A DNA stretch of 32,033 bases from Armatimonadota bacterium (GTDB lineage Bacteria > Armatimonadota > Zipacnadia > Zipacnadales > UBA5352): assembly GCA_034722055.1 (NCBI GenBank), contig JAYENL010000179.1, positions 1-32,033 of the forward strand. The letters are read 5' to 3'. Every line of letters begins with the position of its first letter. Positions within the stretch are counted from its first letter, which is position 1. Shown one piece after another: positions 17,867-26,620 of this stretch. The notes below the pieces were generated by a model that saw nothing but the letters and a program-made list of their open reading frames with translations, had not been told where the DNA came from and did not search any database. A program made the position numbers and the translations under genes.

Positions 17867-18275
17867 CAGAACCGCAGTCGGGTAGGGCCTCGAGGACGAG
17901 CGAGCGCACGGCCCCGGCGATTCCGACCAGGCGAGCCGCGTCCTCGCAAGAGACTGTGAGGTCGGGGGTCGGATACCTCGCGGCGACGGAGTACCGGGAC
18001 AACGCCCGGGCGTCATCGGCCGCGTCGGCCAGATCCTGGTCAACCGTGGCCACCAGGTTGATCAGATGCGTGATGTCGTGAGTCGCCGGAAAGGAGACGC
18101 CGTGGTAGAAGAGATAGGCCTTCAGATACTTCTCCCCAGCCTGTTGAGCGAGAAAGGCGATGTTCTCATAGTGCTCAGTCATCTCCAGAAGCACGCGGGC
18201 GCAGTCAAGGTCTTCGGAGGCCCTCCGCAGCCACTCCGCCAACTCGTCGAACTGCGCCTCATCCGGCCCTGTCAT
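17856..18275 (-). CDS. HEPN domain protein (cassette 2)
   Basis: 139 aa from ATG 18275; EWLRRASEDLDCAR, FLAQQAGEKYLKAYL, FPATHDITHL, YSVAARYP. Confidence 0.87.
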   Translation of the reverse strand: MTGPDEAQFDELAEWLRRASEDLDCARVLLEMTEHYENIAFLAQQAGEKYLKAYLFYHGVSFPATHDITHLINLVATVDQDLADAADDARALSRYSVAARYPTPDLTVSCEDAARLVGIAGAVRSLVLEALPDCGSADA

Positions 18276-18609
18276 GGATGACCCTGCCCTCTCGGCTAAC
18301 CTCATATGCAAGCGTACCAATGACGTCCTGCCAGCTCTCGAATTCCTCCTCGCCCATGACCAAGATATCCATGCTGAACATCCTGCGTGAGAACAGATCA
18401 TCAAGCTCGGCCATCTTGTGAAACTTGTCCGGCTCTCCCTCGTAGATCGCCAGCAGGTCCACGTCGCTGTCAGGGCCGGCGGTGCCGGTGGCGTGTGAGC
18501 CGAACAGCCACACCTGGATCACGCCCGGCTGCTCGCCGATCTTCCGGGCGATCTCCCGGATCTGCTCCTTCGTAACCTCGGATTGCGTTGTGTCGCTGTG
18601 ATCGCTCAT
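18259..18609 (-). CDS. Minimal nucleotidyltransferase (MNT) (cassette 2)
   Basis: 116 aa from ATG 18609; GSx10DxD motif; SMDILV; EVSREGRVI. Confidence 0.88.
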   Translation of the reverse strand: MSDHSDTTQSEVTKEQIREIARKIGEQPGVIQVWLFGSHATGTAGPDSDVDLLAIYEGEPDKFHKMAELDDLFSRRMFSMDILVMGEEEFESWQDVIGTLAYEVSREGRVIHDRAG

Positions 18610-18613
18610 GGGA
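18428..18613 (-). repeat. Direct repeat R2b (MNT 5' half)
   Basis: 184/186 nt identical to 17544-17729. Confidence 0.93.
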
Positions 18614-18625
18614 AGTACGGCTGTG

Positions 18626-18654
18626 ATTGTACCGCGGGGGCCAATGCGCGTCAA
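18626..18654 (-). promoter_or_regulatory. Sigma70-type promoter of MNT-HEPN cassette 2
   Basis: TTGACG-17 nt-TACAAT, 16 nt upstream of the ATG, as in cassette 1. Confidence 0.75.
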
Positions 18655-18685
18655 CGGCGCTCGCAGCGCAGGCGCCAATTCGTAG

Positions 18686-18808
18686 CGTGTTGGGGCGGGC
18701 TCCTGGAGACGCTTGCGCGTCTCTCCCCCCCGGCCACAGCCCCTCCGACGACGGCTGCGGGCCTTTTGTCGCGCGTCGGGCGTAACCACGCCCGACCTCC
18801 GTACGGCA
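18686..18808. repeat. Composite REP-like repeat (diverged type A plus type B)
   Basis: CGTGTTGGGGCGGGCTCCTG plus hairpin GAGACGC-TTGC-GCGTCTC; then 18756-18808 with hairpin GTCGGGCGT-AACC-ACGCCCGAC plus CTCCGTACGGCA, 44/53 identical to 30051-30103. Confidence 0.7.
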
Positions 18809-18882
18809 CGACGACGAAGGCCAAGCCTTCCCGGGACCGCGAGAGCGCAGCCAGGGCACGGCGATGAGCCGATGCTGCTCCC

Positions 18883-20226
18883 CTACCCCGGCTGCTCATC
18901 GCTGTCGGGCTGGAACTGGAAGGCGTAGAGCTTCGCGGCGTGCATCACGAAGCGCAGGCGCACGGGTCGCCCCGCGAGGGCGCTGAGGTCGGGGTCGCCG
19001 TCGCGCCAGGTGGCGAGCTTGCGGATGAAGTTGCCGCGGATCAGGTCTGCGTGCTCCAGCGCGAAGCCCTCTATCGGCTGACCGTCCGCGGCCTGGACCT
19101 CCACCCGACAGTCCCCGGCGGCTGAGCAGTCGATGTTCAGCTCCAGGTGGGCGCCCTCGAAGACGATGGGCGGCGTGATGAGCTCCCCGCCCTCGTAGTC
19201 AGCGTCCGCGGACACGAAGCCGTCGAGTCGCTGCACCACCATGCCGTTGAAGCGCGGGTTCCCCTCCGCGCCGGCCCAATGCCCATGCGTCTGAGGATAG
19301 CCGGCGTACCACTGGTGGAGCTGATCCCCATTCCTCATCAGGCCCCGCGAGATGTAGATGCAGGCGCCGTCCGGGTCCTCGCCGCTGATGCCGAGGTCGA
19401 TGTAGGGTCCGCGGAAGCGCCGCCAGGTGACGCCGTCGCGGCTGGTGGCGAGCTGCACGTCCACCAGGCCGTCGTTGGCCAGCTCGCCCTGGGGCGGGGG
19501 CGGGAAGTGCCGGTAGAGGACCGGGAAGGCCAGGTAGACCCTGTCGGCCCAGGGGTAGCGGAAGATGCCATGGTCGTAGAAGTCGCACTCGCCCGGGTCT
19601 CGCTCATCGGTGGCGAGGACCGTCTGGAAGCCGGGGCCGGGGGCCGGGAGTCTGTCCTGGCCCCACATGAAGACGCGGGCATTCTGCTCCGGGATGGGCC
19701 AGGGCTGCAGCGGATCCTCCACCTCCAGGCGGCCGACCGAGCGCATCATCCTGTCGGTGCCATCGCCCGCGGGGATCCACTGCCGGAAGTGCGCCACGTA
19801 GATGTCCTTGTGTGGGTCATAGAACATGTTGTTCTCGCCATCGGGCCAGAAGGGGAAGACGCGCTGGGGCACCTCCGTCCAGTTGGTGCGATCCGCGGAG
19901 TACTGGATGTAGAGTCCGCCGGTCTCGGTGTCCTTCATCTCGCCCTTCAGGAGCGTGCGCTTGTAGCGCTGCTCGGGCGGGGCCTTCGGGTCGTAGAAGA
20001 CCGCGCCGAAGTCCACGCGCGGGTTGTCCTGCCACATCGGGCCCACGTCCACGCGCTCGCGTTTCACCGGCGGGTTCATCGTCAGCGTCACGCCGCTGCT
20101 CTCGGCGATGAACAGGTCGTCGATGAAGAGCTGCTTGCGTGAGCCGACGTCGATGGGCTCCTGGGCCAGACCCGGCTGTCCCGCCAGGATCGCCAGGAGC
20201 GCTGCGATCCCGCTGTGACGCATCAT
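18883..20226 (-). CDS. Secreted uncharacterised protein, likely glycoside-hydrolase-like beta-propeller plus C-terminal beta-sandwich
   Basis: Signal peptide; IDVGSRKQLFIDD; Asp-box LATSRDGVTW; RLDGFVS..A...GELIT; LSALAGRPVRLRFVM..AKLYAFQF. GGAGG upstream. Confidence 0.65.
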   Translation of the reverse strand: MMRHSGIAALLAILAGQPGLAQEPIDVGSRKQLFIDDLFIAESSGVTLTMNPPVKRERVDVGPMWQDNPRVDFGAVFYDPKAPPEQRYKRTLLKGEMKDTETGGLYIQYSADRTNWTEVPQRVFPFWPDGENNMFYDPHKDIYVAHFRQWIPAGDGTDRMMRSVGRLEVEDPLQPWPIPEQNARVFMWGQDRLPAPGPGFQTVLATDERDPGECDFYDHGIFRYPWADRVYLAFPVLYRHFPPPPQGELANDGLVDVQLATSRDGVTWRRFRGPYIDLGISGEDPDGACIYISRGLMRNGDQLHQWYAGYPQTHGHWAGAEGNPRFNGMVVQRLDGFVSADADYEGGELITPPIVFEGAHLELNIDCSAAGDCRVEVQAADGQPIEGFALEHADLIRGNFIRKLATWRDGDPDLSALAGRPVRLRFVMHAAKLYAFQFQPDSDEQPG

Positions 20227-20343
20227 CGGCGATTCCTCCAGTGTGTTCCGTCAGGCTGCCACCGCCGGGAGGGCGAACGCGCGCACGTCAGGTCCGTCGC
20301 CATCAGGCCAGGTGCCGCCGCTGAACGCAGATGGCCTCGTCCA

Positions 20344-21744
20344 TCACCGGAGCTCCTCCCTCCATCGCTCCTCGATGCGCAGCAGTTCGTGCTCGACGTC
20401 ATCGCTCAGGCGCCTCTCCTCGGGCGCGGCGAGGATTTCGCGGGCGCGCTCGGTGGCGCGCATGACGGCGGTCACCTCGCCCTCGGCCTCCCAACCCTCG
20501 CGGCGCCCCACGAAGCCCAGCTCGGGCTCGAAGAGCTCCTCGCGGAAGTGCCCCAGGGTGTGCTGGTGGCCGAGGTAGTCCGCCTTCGCACGCAGCTCCG
20601 CGACCACCTCGTAGGCCAGGGCCTCATCGTCGGTCGGCACACCGCGGGCGGCTCTGAGGCACGCGGCGGCGATCTCGTCGTCGATGACCATCATCTCAGG
20701 CGAGAGCGTCCGCTGGGACTCGAGCTGGCCGATGCCCCAGATGACGTTGACGCCGGCCAGGGCGTGCATCAGCCCCACCGTCATCTTCTCCCACGCCGCC
20801 TGCTCGTCGGCGATCATGGACTCGGTGCTCATCCAGGAGGCGCTGGGCAGGCCGTGAAAGCCTGCCAGCTCCGCCCCGACCGCGCCCAGCAGGCCGTTCT
20901 CCGGCGCGCCGGTGCGGGTGATGGCCTGGCGCATGTCCATGGCGTGGGCGAAGCCGAGGTTGAAGATGCAGGGGCGGCCCGGTTCCAGGGTCTGGATGAT
21001 GACCACGCCGCTGAGGGCCTCGGCGTTGGCGAGCATCAGTGTCCCGCCGAGTGTCACCGGGGAGGTAGCGCCTGCAGTGGGCTCGGAGTTGATCATGATG
21101 GGCACGCCGTGGCCGGACGTCTGCACGAACATCTCCAGGCCCGGCTCGGTCCAGCGCAGCGGGCTGACGATGGTGTACCCGAAGCTGACCACCGGCCGCT
21201 CGGCGAGACTGTGGGGCGAGGCCAGGACGCGGCCCATCTCGATGATGGCGGCGCCGCCGCGGGGCGTGTAGATGCACGGGCGGAGGTGCTTGCCGGTGTG
21301 CTGGGCCAGCAGCCGGCAGCCCACGAAGTCGCGGAACTGCGCCGGGATCTCGCTGATGGTGGGACCGACGACGGCCTGCACCCGGTCGAGGGCGTCGGCC
21401 ACGCGGGTGAGGGCCACGAACTGCGGCTCGGTGATAGGCCGCATCTCGGCGCCCTCGGCGTAATACAGCGCATTGCCGGTCCAGAAGACCGTCGGGCCGT
21501 CAGGGCCCACCTCCGTGACCTCGCCCGCCACCGGCGCCAGCCTCACGACCGACGGCGCGCGCTCTACGCACTCGGCAACGAGCTCGCGCGGCAAGGCCAT
21601 CATCCCCGATGGCAGCTCGCGGCAGCCGGCATCCAGCAACGCGCGGGTGACGGCCTCGTGCTCGATGCGCACACCGACCTCTTCCAGCAGATCGAGGCTC
21701 CGCTGGTTGATACGCGCGACCTGCTCGGGCTCCATGAAGCGCAT
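20344..21744 (-). CDS. Trimethylamine:corrinoid methyltransferase (MttB) superfamily protein, non-pyrrolysine
   Basis: SLDLLEEVGVRI, LVAECVERAPS, VSPLRW, AGATSPVTLGGTL..ANAEALSG, GAPE, SPEMMVIDDEI, YLGHQHTL.HFR. Uninterrupted ORF. Confidence 0.87.
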   Translation of the reverse strand: MRFMEPEQVARINQRSLDLLEEVGVRIEHEAVTRALLDAGCRELPSGMMALPRELVAECVERAPSVVRLAPVAGEVTEVGPDGPTVFWTGNALYYAEGAEMRPITEPQFVALTRVADALDRVQAVVGPTISEIPAQFRDFVGCRLLAQHTGKHLRPCIYTPRGGAAIIEMGRVLASPHSLAERPVVSFGYTIVSPLRWTEPGLEMFVQTSGHGVPIMINSEPTAGATSPVTLGGTLMLANAEALSGVVIIQTLEPGRPCIFNLGFAHAMDMRQAITRTGAPENGLLGAVGAELAGFHGLPSASWMSTESMIADEQAAWEKMTVGLMHALAGVNVIWGIGQLESQRTLSPEMMVIDDEIAAACLRAARGVPTDDEALAYEVVAELRAKADYLGHQHTLGHFREELFEPELGFVGRREGWEAEGEVTAVMRATERAREILAAPEERRLSDDVEHELLRIEERWREELR

Positions 21745-22142
21745 GGCGCTCGTCCCTTCACATGCGGCGCGTGATGCCGCTGAGATCCCAACGGACTAGC
21801 TCGTTGTTAAGTCGAGCCGTCCGCAGTGGCGTGCGCCGTTGCCGTCGGAGGGGCCGCCTGAGCGAGCCCCACAGGGGGAGCGAAGTCGGCCCGCGTCTTA
21901 GGACGAACCGTTTGGGCACAACGGCGAACGGCTGGGCCCACTTCCCGCCCGGTCTCGCTGGCGGTCGCCGCGCGCTCAGGCGTCCTACTACGGCAACCAC
22001 ACCGACGCACGAGGCCCGCTACTGCTCAGTCGCAGAAGTTCGCGTACGCTCCGCCGTCACGACAGCATGCTCGCGCCCACCATGGAGGGGCCGCCGCGAG
22101 CGAAGCGAGCGGTGGGCGGTGCGTTCCCTAACGCGCCGCTCA

Positions 22143-22290
22143 GGTTCCACCCCGGCCCACCCGTTAAGGAGTCCAGGCGCCATCGCCTGCATGCCGTTTG
22201 GGCCCCTCGAGAGAGATGCGCCCTGGGCCGGGGTGGAACCCTCGGCCGGTTCGCTCAGCTCACCGGCCTCACCGGGCGCTACGCGCCCGG
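22143..22290. repeat. Cluster of inverted repeats in an intergenic region
   Basis: Perfect 17-bp IR GGTTCCACCCCGGCCCA (22143-22159) / TGGGCCGGGGTGGAACC (22224-22240); hairpins GGCCGGT..ACCGGCC (22244-22268) and CCGGGCGC-TAC-GCGCCCGG (22272-22290). Confidence 0.75.
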
Positions 22291-22381
22291 CGGCCCCTCC
22301 ACGAGGTACGCCGCGCATCTCCAACGCAGCCAAGCGCTGGGTGCGCTCGTCGTCAACACGCGGGAATTGCGCAAGTAAGCA

Positions 22382-23044
22382 CTAGCCCGCCCGCCCGCGA
22401 GCGATCCGGAAGAAGTTGCCCAACAGGTTGTGCCCGTCCGGGTAGCCCTCCACGCGGCTCTCGGGGTGGAACTGTACGCCGTAGAGGCACATCGTCTCGT
22501 GCACCATGGCCTGGATGCGACAGTCGGCACTGGATGCCAGCAGGCGGAAGCCCTCGGGAAGCTGCTTGATCTCGCTGCGATGGGCCTCACGGACGCGGAT
22601 GGGGTTCGGCAGGCCCTCGAAGAGCGGATTGTCGGCGACGAGGCGCACCGGCCAGATGCCCCACTCCTTGAAGGTCCCCGGGTGATAGTCCGGCGCCAGG
22701 TCGGCCTCATCGTCGGCCAGCTCGCGCATGATGTCCACCTCGGCCCCGAACATCTCGCCAATGAGCTGATGCCCGCCGCAGAAGCCGATCTGCGGGATGC
22801 CGGACTCGGTGATCGCCCAGCGATAGTCGTCGCAGTCGAGCACGTCGTACTCGTCGTGCGAGGTGCTGCCACCGGAGTGGCAGAGGGCCCACGGCCGCGC
22901 CTGCTCCAGGAGCTCGCGGGTGACGCCGCTGTAGTGCATCACCAGGCAGCGGTCGCCGGAGAGCCGCTCCAGGTCGAGCTTGAGTTGATGTGGCTGCATC
23001 TCGCGATACTTGTCGAGAGTCTCAGTGACCACGTAGCAGATCAT
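22382..23044 (-). CDS. Class I glutamine amidotransferase / gamma-glutamyl hydrolase family protein
   Basis: Start reassigned to ATG 23044 (ATGA overlap with the upstream gene). Nucleophile elbow IGFCGGHQLI and YGVQFHPE give a Cys-His-Glu triad. Confidence 0.85.
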   Translation of the reverse strand: MICYVVTETLDKYREMQPHQLKLDLERLSGDRCLVMHYSGVTRELLEQARPWALCHSGGSTSHDEYDVLDCDDYRWAITESGIPQIGFCGGHQLIGEMFGAEVDIMRELADDEADLAPDYHPGTFKEWGIWPVRLVADNPLFEGLPNPIRVREAHRSEIKQLPEGFRLLASSADCRIQAMVHETMCLYGVQFHPESRVEGYPDGHNLLGNFFRIARGRAG

Positions 23045-24231
23045 GCGCGGGCCTCCTCGATGATCTCGGCGATGTCGATGACGTACATCTGCCGCTCGCC
23101 CTCGTGCAGGGAGTCGAAGCACACCCCGGTGCCGTCGCGGTTCCAGCGGGGGTGCAGGTCGCAGCGGATCTCGCCGGAGTAGCGCCTGGGCGAGAGGAAG
23201 CGGCCCAGGTCCGCCCGGCGCCCGGTCTCGGTGTCGTAGATCAGCAGCGTGCGCTTTGACTGGGCGTCCGGGTAGGTGTCTGTGAGGATGAAGCGGCGGT
23301 CGCCGGGGGAGTAGGAGCAGTGGCCGTCGGTGGTGAAGACCTCGTCGCCGACCACCTCGAACCACGGAGTCTGATCGCGGTAGAGGTAGTACCTGTTGCC
23401 GATCTGCCGATGCGTCGCCCAGGCCAGGATGTGCCGCTCATCCCGCCAGTCGAAGTGCGAGACCATGTCGTCATCGGCGACCAGGAAGACGTCATTGCCG
23501 TGCGGATCGGCGGTGAACAGGCGCGTGAACCACCGCTCGCTGCCGTGGCGGTACCAGCGGTGCAGCCACAGGAAGCGGCTGCCGTCGGTGCAGAACTGCA
23601 TGTGATTGAACCAGTTCTCGTTCTCCATGCTCTGGCGCCAGGCGATCTGCACGATCTGGTCGAGGGTGACGATCAGCTCGGTGTCGCCGGTGTCCAGGTC
23701 CATCCACCAGATACCGTCATCGTCAGGGTGCATCTGCCTCTCCGTGGGATCGGGCAGCGCATAGTAGCCGTACCCCGGGCGCGTGCGCGCCACGCGGGAG
23801 AAGTTGAGGCTCACCGCCTGGCTCCCGTCGGGGCTGACGGCGTAGATCGGCCGCGGCAGTGTCCGCGTCTCCCCCGAGTGCACATCGTGGATGATGGACA
23901 CGTACCGCCCATCCTCGACCGAGTTGTAGATGATCTTCCGGCTGGGGTCGCTGCCCAGCCACTGGAGCATGGTCCCCTGCTGCCAGCACCAGGCCCGTGT
24001 CTCATCCAGGGCGTGGAACTCGCGGTCACCGGCCTCGACATCGACGATCCCGACGCGGATGGAGTCCGCGCCGGTGGGCGGCCGGTCCATGAAGTCCACC
24101 TCCATGGCCAGCATTAGCCTCCCGTCGGCGCTCCAGGGGCACTTGTCGTAGTAGCCGAACCAGTGGTATCCGGGGCCGGTCGTGACGGCTCGCGCGGGCG
24201 CGATGCCGTCGCTGCATTGGAGCTGAGTCAT
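23041..24231 (-). CDS. TolB/oligogalacturonate-lyase-like beta-propeller protein
   Basis: Start reassigned to ATG 24231 (AAGGAGG upstream). HWFGYYDKCPWSADG, AWCWQQG, NHMQFCTDG, DGHCSYSP, TDTYPD, RCDLHPRWNRDG..VCFDS. No signal peptide. Confidence 0.7.
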   Translation of the reverse strand: MTQLQCSDGIAPARAVTTGPGYHWFGYYDKCPWSADGRLMLAMEVDFMDRPPTGADSIRVGIVDVEAGDREFHALDETRAWCWQQGTMLQWLGSDPSRKIIYNSVEDGRYVSIIHDVHSGETRTLPRPIYAVSPDGSQAVSLNFSRVARTRPGYGYYALPDPTERQMHPDDDGIWWMDLDTGDTELIVTLDQIVQIAWRQSMENENWFNHMQFCTDGSRFLWLHRWYRHGSERWFTRLFTADPHGNDVFLVADDDMVSHFDWRDERHILAWATHRQIGNRYYLYRDQTPWFEVVGDEVFTTDGHCSYSPGDRRFILTDTYPDAQSKRTLLIYDTETGRRADLGRFLSPRRYSGEIRCDLHPRWNRDGTGVCFDSLHEGERQMYVIDIAEIIEEARA

Positions 24232-24396
24232 CCGTGTGTCCCTCCTTCTGGGCCGGAGACGGCCCACTCGGCAGTGAGTTGCAGTTCCTCGTCGAGGGCC
24301 GATGTCCTGCGGGCCATCTCCCCGGCGGGAGCGCGAAGGGTCCGCCGTCCATGCCGCGAAACTCTCCACTGTGCGGAATGCTCTGGATGGAGGCGG

Positions 24397-26616
24397 ATGA
24401 TGCGAGAGACATGGCTTGTAGCGATGCTGATCCTGGCGGCGGGGCCGGTGAGTGGCGAGATACACTGGCGGAACATCGGCCCCGGCGGGGGCGGGTGGCT
24501 GCCGTGCGTGACCTTCCACCCGCAGGATCCCGATACCATCTACGTGGGGTGCGACGTGGGCGGCTTCTACCGCAGCACCGACGCCGGCCACACCTGGGAG
24601 ATACGCAACGAGGGCCTGACCGCCGACTACGTTCGCGAGATCCTGGTGGTGCCGGGAGAGCCGGACAGGCTCTACCTGGCAGGATGTGGCGGGGTCTTCA
24701 CGAGCACCGATGGCGGGGAGACCTGGCGCTGGCTGCGGGAGGGCTTCCCGGAGCCGACCGAGCACAGCTACTCCGCGCCGGTGGGCGCGCTCGCGGTGCA
24801 TCCGACCAGCCCGGAGGTCCTCTACGCGGGGATCGGCTATCCGCGGCGGGAGCGGCACGGCAACGGCCTGGTGTATAAGAGCGACGACAGCGGCGAGACG
24901 TGGCGGCCGCTCGGGGGCATCGCAGAGCTGGCGCCGGACGCCTGCTTCTTCGCCATCGCGATTCGCCCGGACCGTCCTGAGGTGCTGCTGGCGGCCACGA
25001 ACCGGGGGCTGTTCCGGAGCGAGGACGCCGGCGAGAGCTGGGCGCCGGGCGGGCGGGGCCTCCCGCTGCCCAAGGTGACGGACGTGGCCTTCAGCCCCGC
25101 AGATGGGGACATGGCCTACGCCACCGTGTGGTCGCCGGCCGGCCAGCAGCCGTGGCAGGGCGGGGTGTATCGAAGCGACGACGGCGGCGTGACCTTCCGC
25201 AGCGTCTCGGCCCACCTGCCGCATCGGGTGGGGCCCGCCGACGGGCCGCCGCAGCTCACCACGAACTTCCTGCACCTGACCCTCGACCCGCGCGATCCCG
25301 ACCGCGTCCTCGCCGGCTCGGCCAACTGGGTGCACGCTGGGCTCTTCCGGTCGCTGGACGGCGGGGCTCACTGGCGGCTGACCACGCGCAAGACCGAGGA
25401 GCCGAACCTGGACGTGGGCTGGCTCACCATGGGCGGCCATCCGGGCATCAAGGGCCTCGACATGGCGCCCGCGCGACCCCAGCGGCTGGCCTTCGGCGGC
25501 TCCATGCTGTTCATGGTCTCCGACGACGGCGGGGAGTCGTGGCAGCAGCGCTTCACGCGGGAGGTGCGGCCTGGCTGGTGGCAGGGGAACGGCCTGGAGA
25601 CCACGTGCATCAATCAGATCACCGTGGACCCCGCGGATTCGGACCGCGTGTACCTGGGCTACGCGGACATCGGCCTGCTGGTGACTGAGGACGGCGGAGA
25701 GGCCTTCCAGCGCCGGGTGGAGGGCATCCCGTGGCACGGGGACATGGCCCCGGTGGTGTGCGATCCTGATCGCCCGGGGAGGGTGTGGTGCGGCATGGGG
25801 AAGGCGCGGGTGCCCGGTGGCGGGGTGGCGAAGAGCCTCGACCACGGCCGCTCGTGGGCGGTGGTGGGCCGGCCCGAGACCGGCCTGCCGGATGCGACAA
25901 CGCCGGCGCTGGTGCTCGATCCCTCCAGCCCGCCGGAGGGCCGCACGCTCTACGTCGTCGTTCGCGGGCACGGGATCTACCGCTCAGACGATGACGGAGC
26001 CACGTGGCGCCGGGCGAGCGCGGGCCTGCCGCTGGGCGAGGACTTCGTCGCGCGCGCCGTGGTGCTCGACGGCGGCGGGCGGCTGCTGGTGGGGGTGGCG
26101 CACAACGCCGAGGCCCCGCTGGGCGGCCTCTACGCCAGCTCCGACGGCGGCAGCACCTGGGAGAGGCTCAATGTGCGGATGGATATGCCTGACATCTACG
26201 GGATCGCGGTCGATCCTCGCGACCCGAACAGGCTCTTCGTGGCCTGCCGGCGCTACTACGACCGGGACGCGAGCGTGGTCCACCCGGGAGGGATCTACCG
26301 CAGCCGCGACGGCGGCGAGAGCTGGGAGCATGTGCTGGAGGATCGCTTCGCAGGCTGCGTGCTGGTCAGCCCGGCGGACCCGCAGGTCGTCTACGCCGGG
26401 CTCACGGATCATCCCTACCACGACCACTGCCGCGGCGGCGGGGTCATGCGCAGCGCCGACGCCGGGGACACCTGGGAGGCCGTGAACGACGGCCTGACGG
26501 ACCTGCAGGTCAACGCCATCACCTGCGACCCGCAGGACCCGCGCACCCTCTACGCCGGCACGGGCGGCAACGGGGTCTTCACCGCTGTGGACGGCGAGAT
26601 ACCGGCCGGCCGGTGA
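24397..26616 (+). CDS. Secreted BNR/Asp-box repeat protein (VPS10/GH74-like propellers)
   Basis: GGAGG then ATG 24397/24400; signal peptide; WRNIGPGGGG, YVGCDVGGFYRSTDAG.TW and about 12 SxDxGxxW boxes. Confidence 0.82.
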   Translation: MMRETWLVAMLILAAGPVSGEIHWRNIGPGGGGWLPCVTFHPQDPDTIYVGCDVGGFYRSTDAGHTWEIRNEGLTADYVREILVVPGEPDRLYLAGCGGVFTSTDGGETWRWLREGFPEPTEHSYSAPVGALAVHPTSPEVLYAGIGYPRRERHGNGLVYKSDDSGETWRPLGGIAELAPDACFFAIAIRPDRPEVLLAATNRGLFRSEDAGESWAPGGRGLPLPKVTDVAFSPADGDMAYATVWSPAGQQPWQGGVYRSDDGGVTFRSVSAHLPHRVGPADGPPQLTTNFLHLTLDPRDPDRVLAGSANWVHAGLFRSLDGGAHWRLTTRKTEEPNLDVGWLTMGGHPGIKGLDMAPARPQRLAFGGSMLFMVSDDGGESWQQRFTREVRPGWWQGNGLETTCINQITVDPADSDRVYLGYADIGLLVTEDGGEAFQRRVEGIPWHGDMAPVVCDPDRPGRVWCGMGKARVPGGGVAKSLDHGRSWAVVGRPETGLPDATTPALVLDPSSPPEGRTLYVVVRGHGIYRSDDDGATWRRASAGLPLGEDFVARAVVLDGGGRLLVGVAHNAEAPLGGLYASSDGGSTWERLNVRMDMPDIYGIAVDPRDPNRLFVACRRYYDRDASVVHPGGIYRSRDGGESWEHVLEDRFAGCVLVSPADPQVVYAGLTDHPYHDHCRGGGVMRSADAGDTWEAVNDGLTDLQVNAITCDPQDPRTLYAGTGGNGVFTAVDGEIPAGR

Positions 26617-26620
26617 GCGG

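Noticed and set aside
16875..18654. CRISPR array, diversity-generating retroelement or IS as an explanation of the direct repeats
   Set aside because: Only two copies of each repeat, all within coding sequence; no regular spacers, cas genes, reverse transcriptase or transposase, and mismatches are not adenine-specific.
22124..22170. CCTAAC...GTTAAGG resembling an integron attC core
   Set aside because: Too short, no internal L-box pairing, single copy, and no cassette array or integrase.
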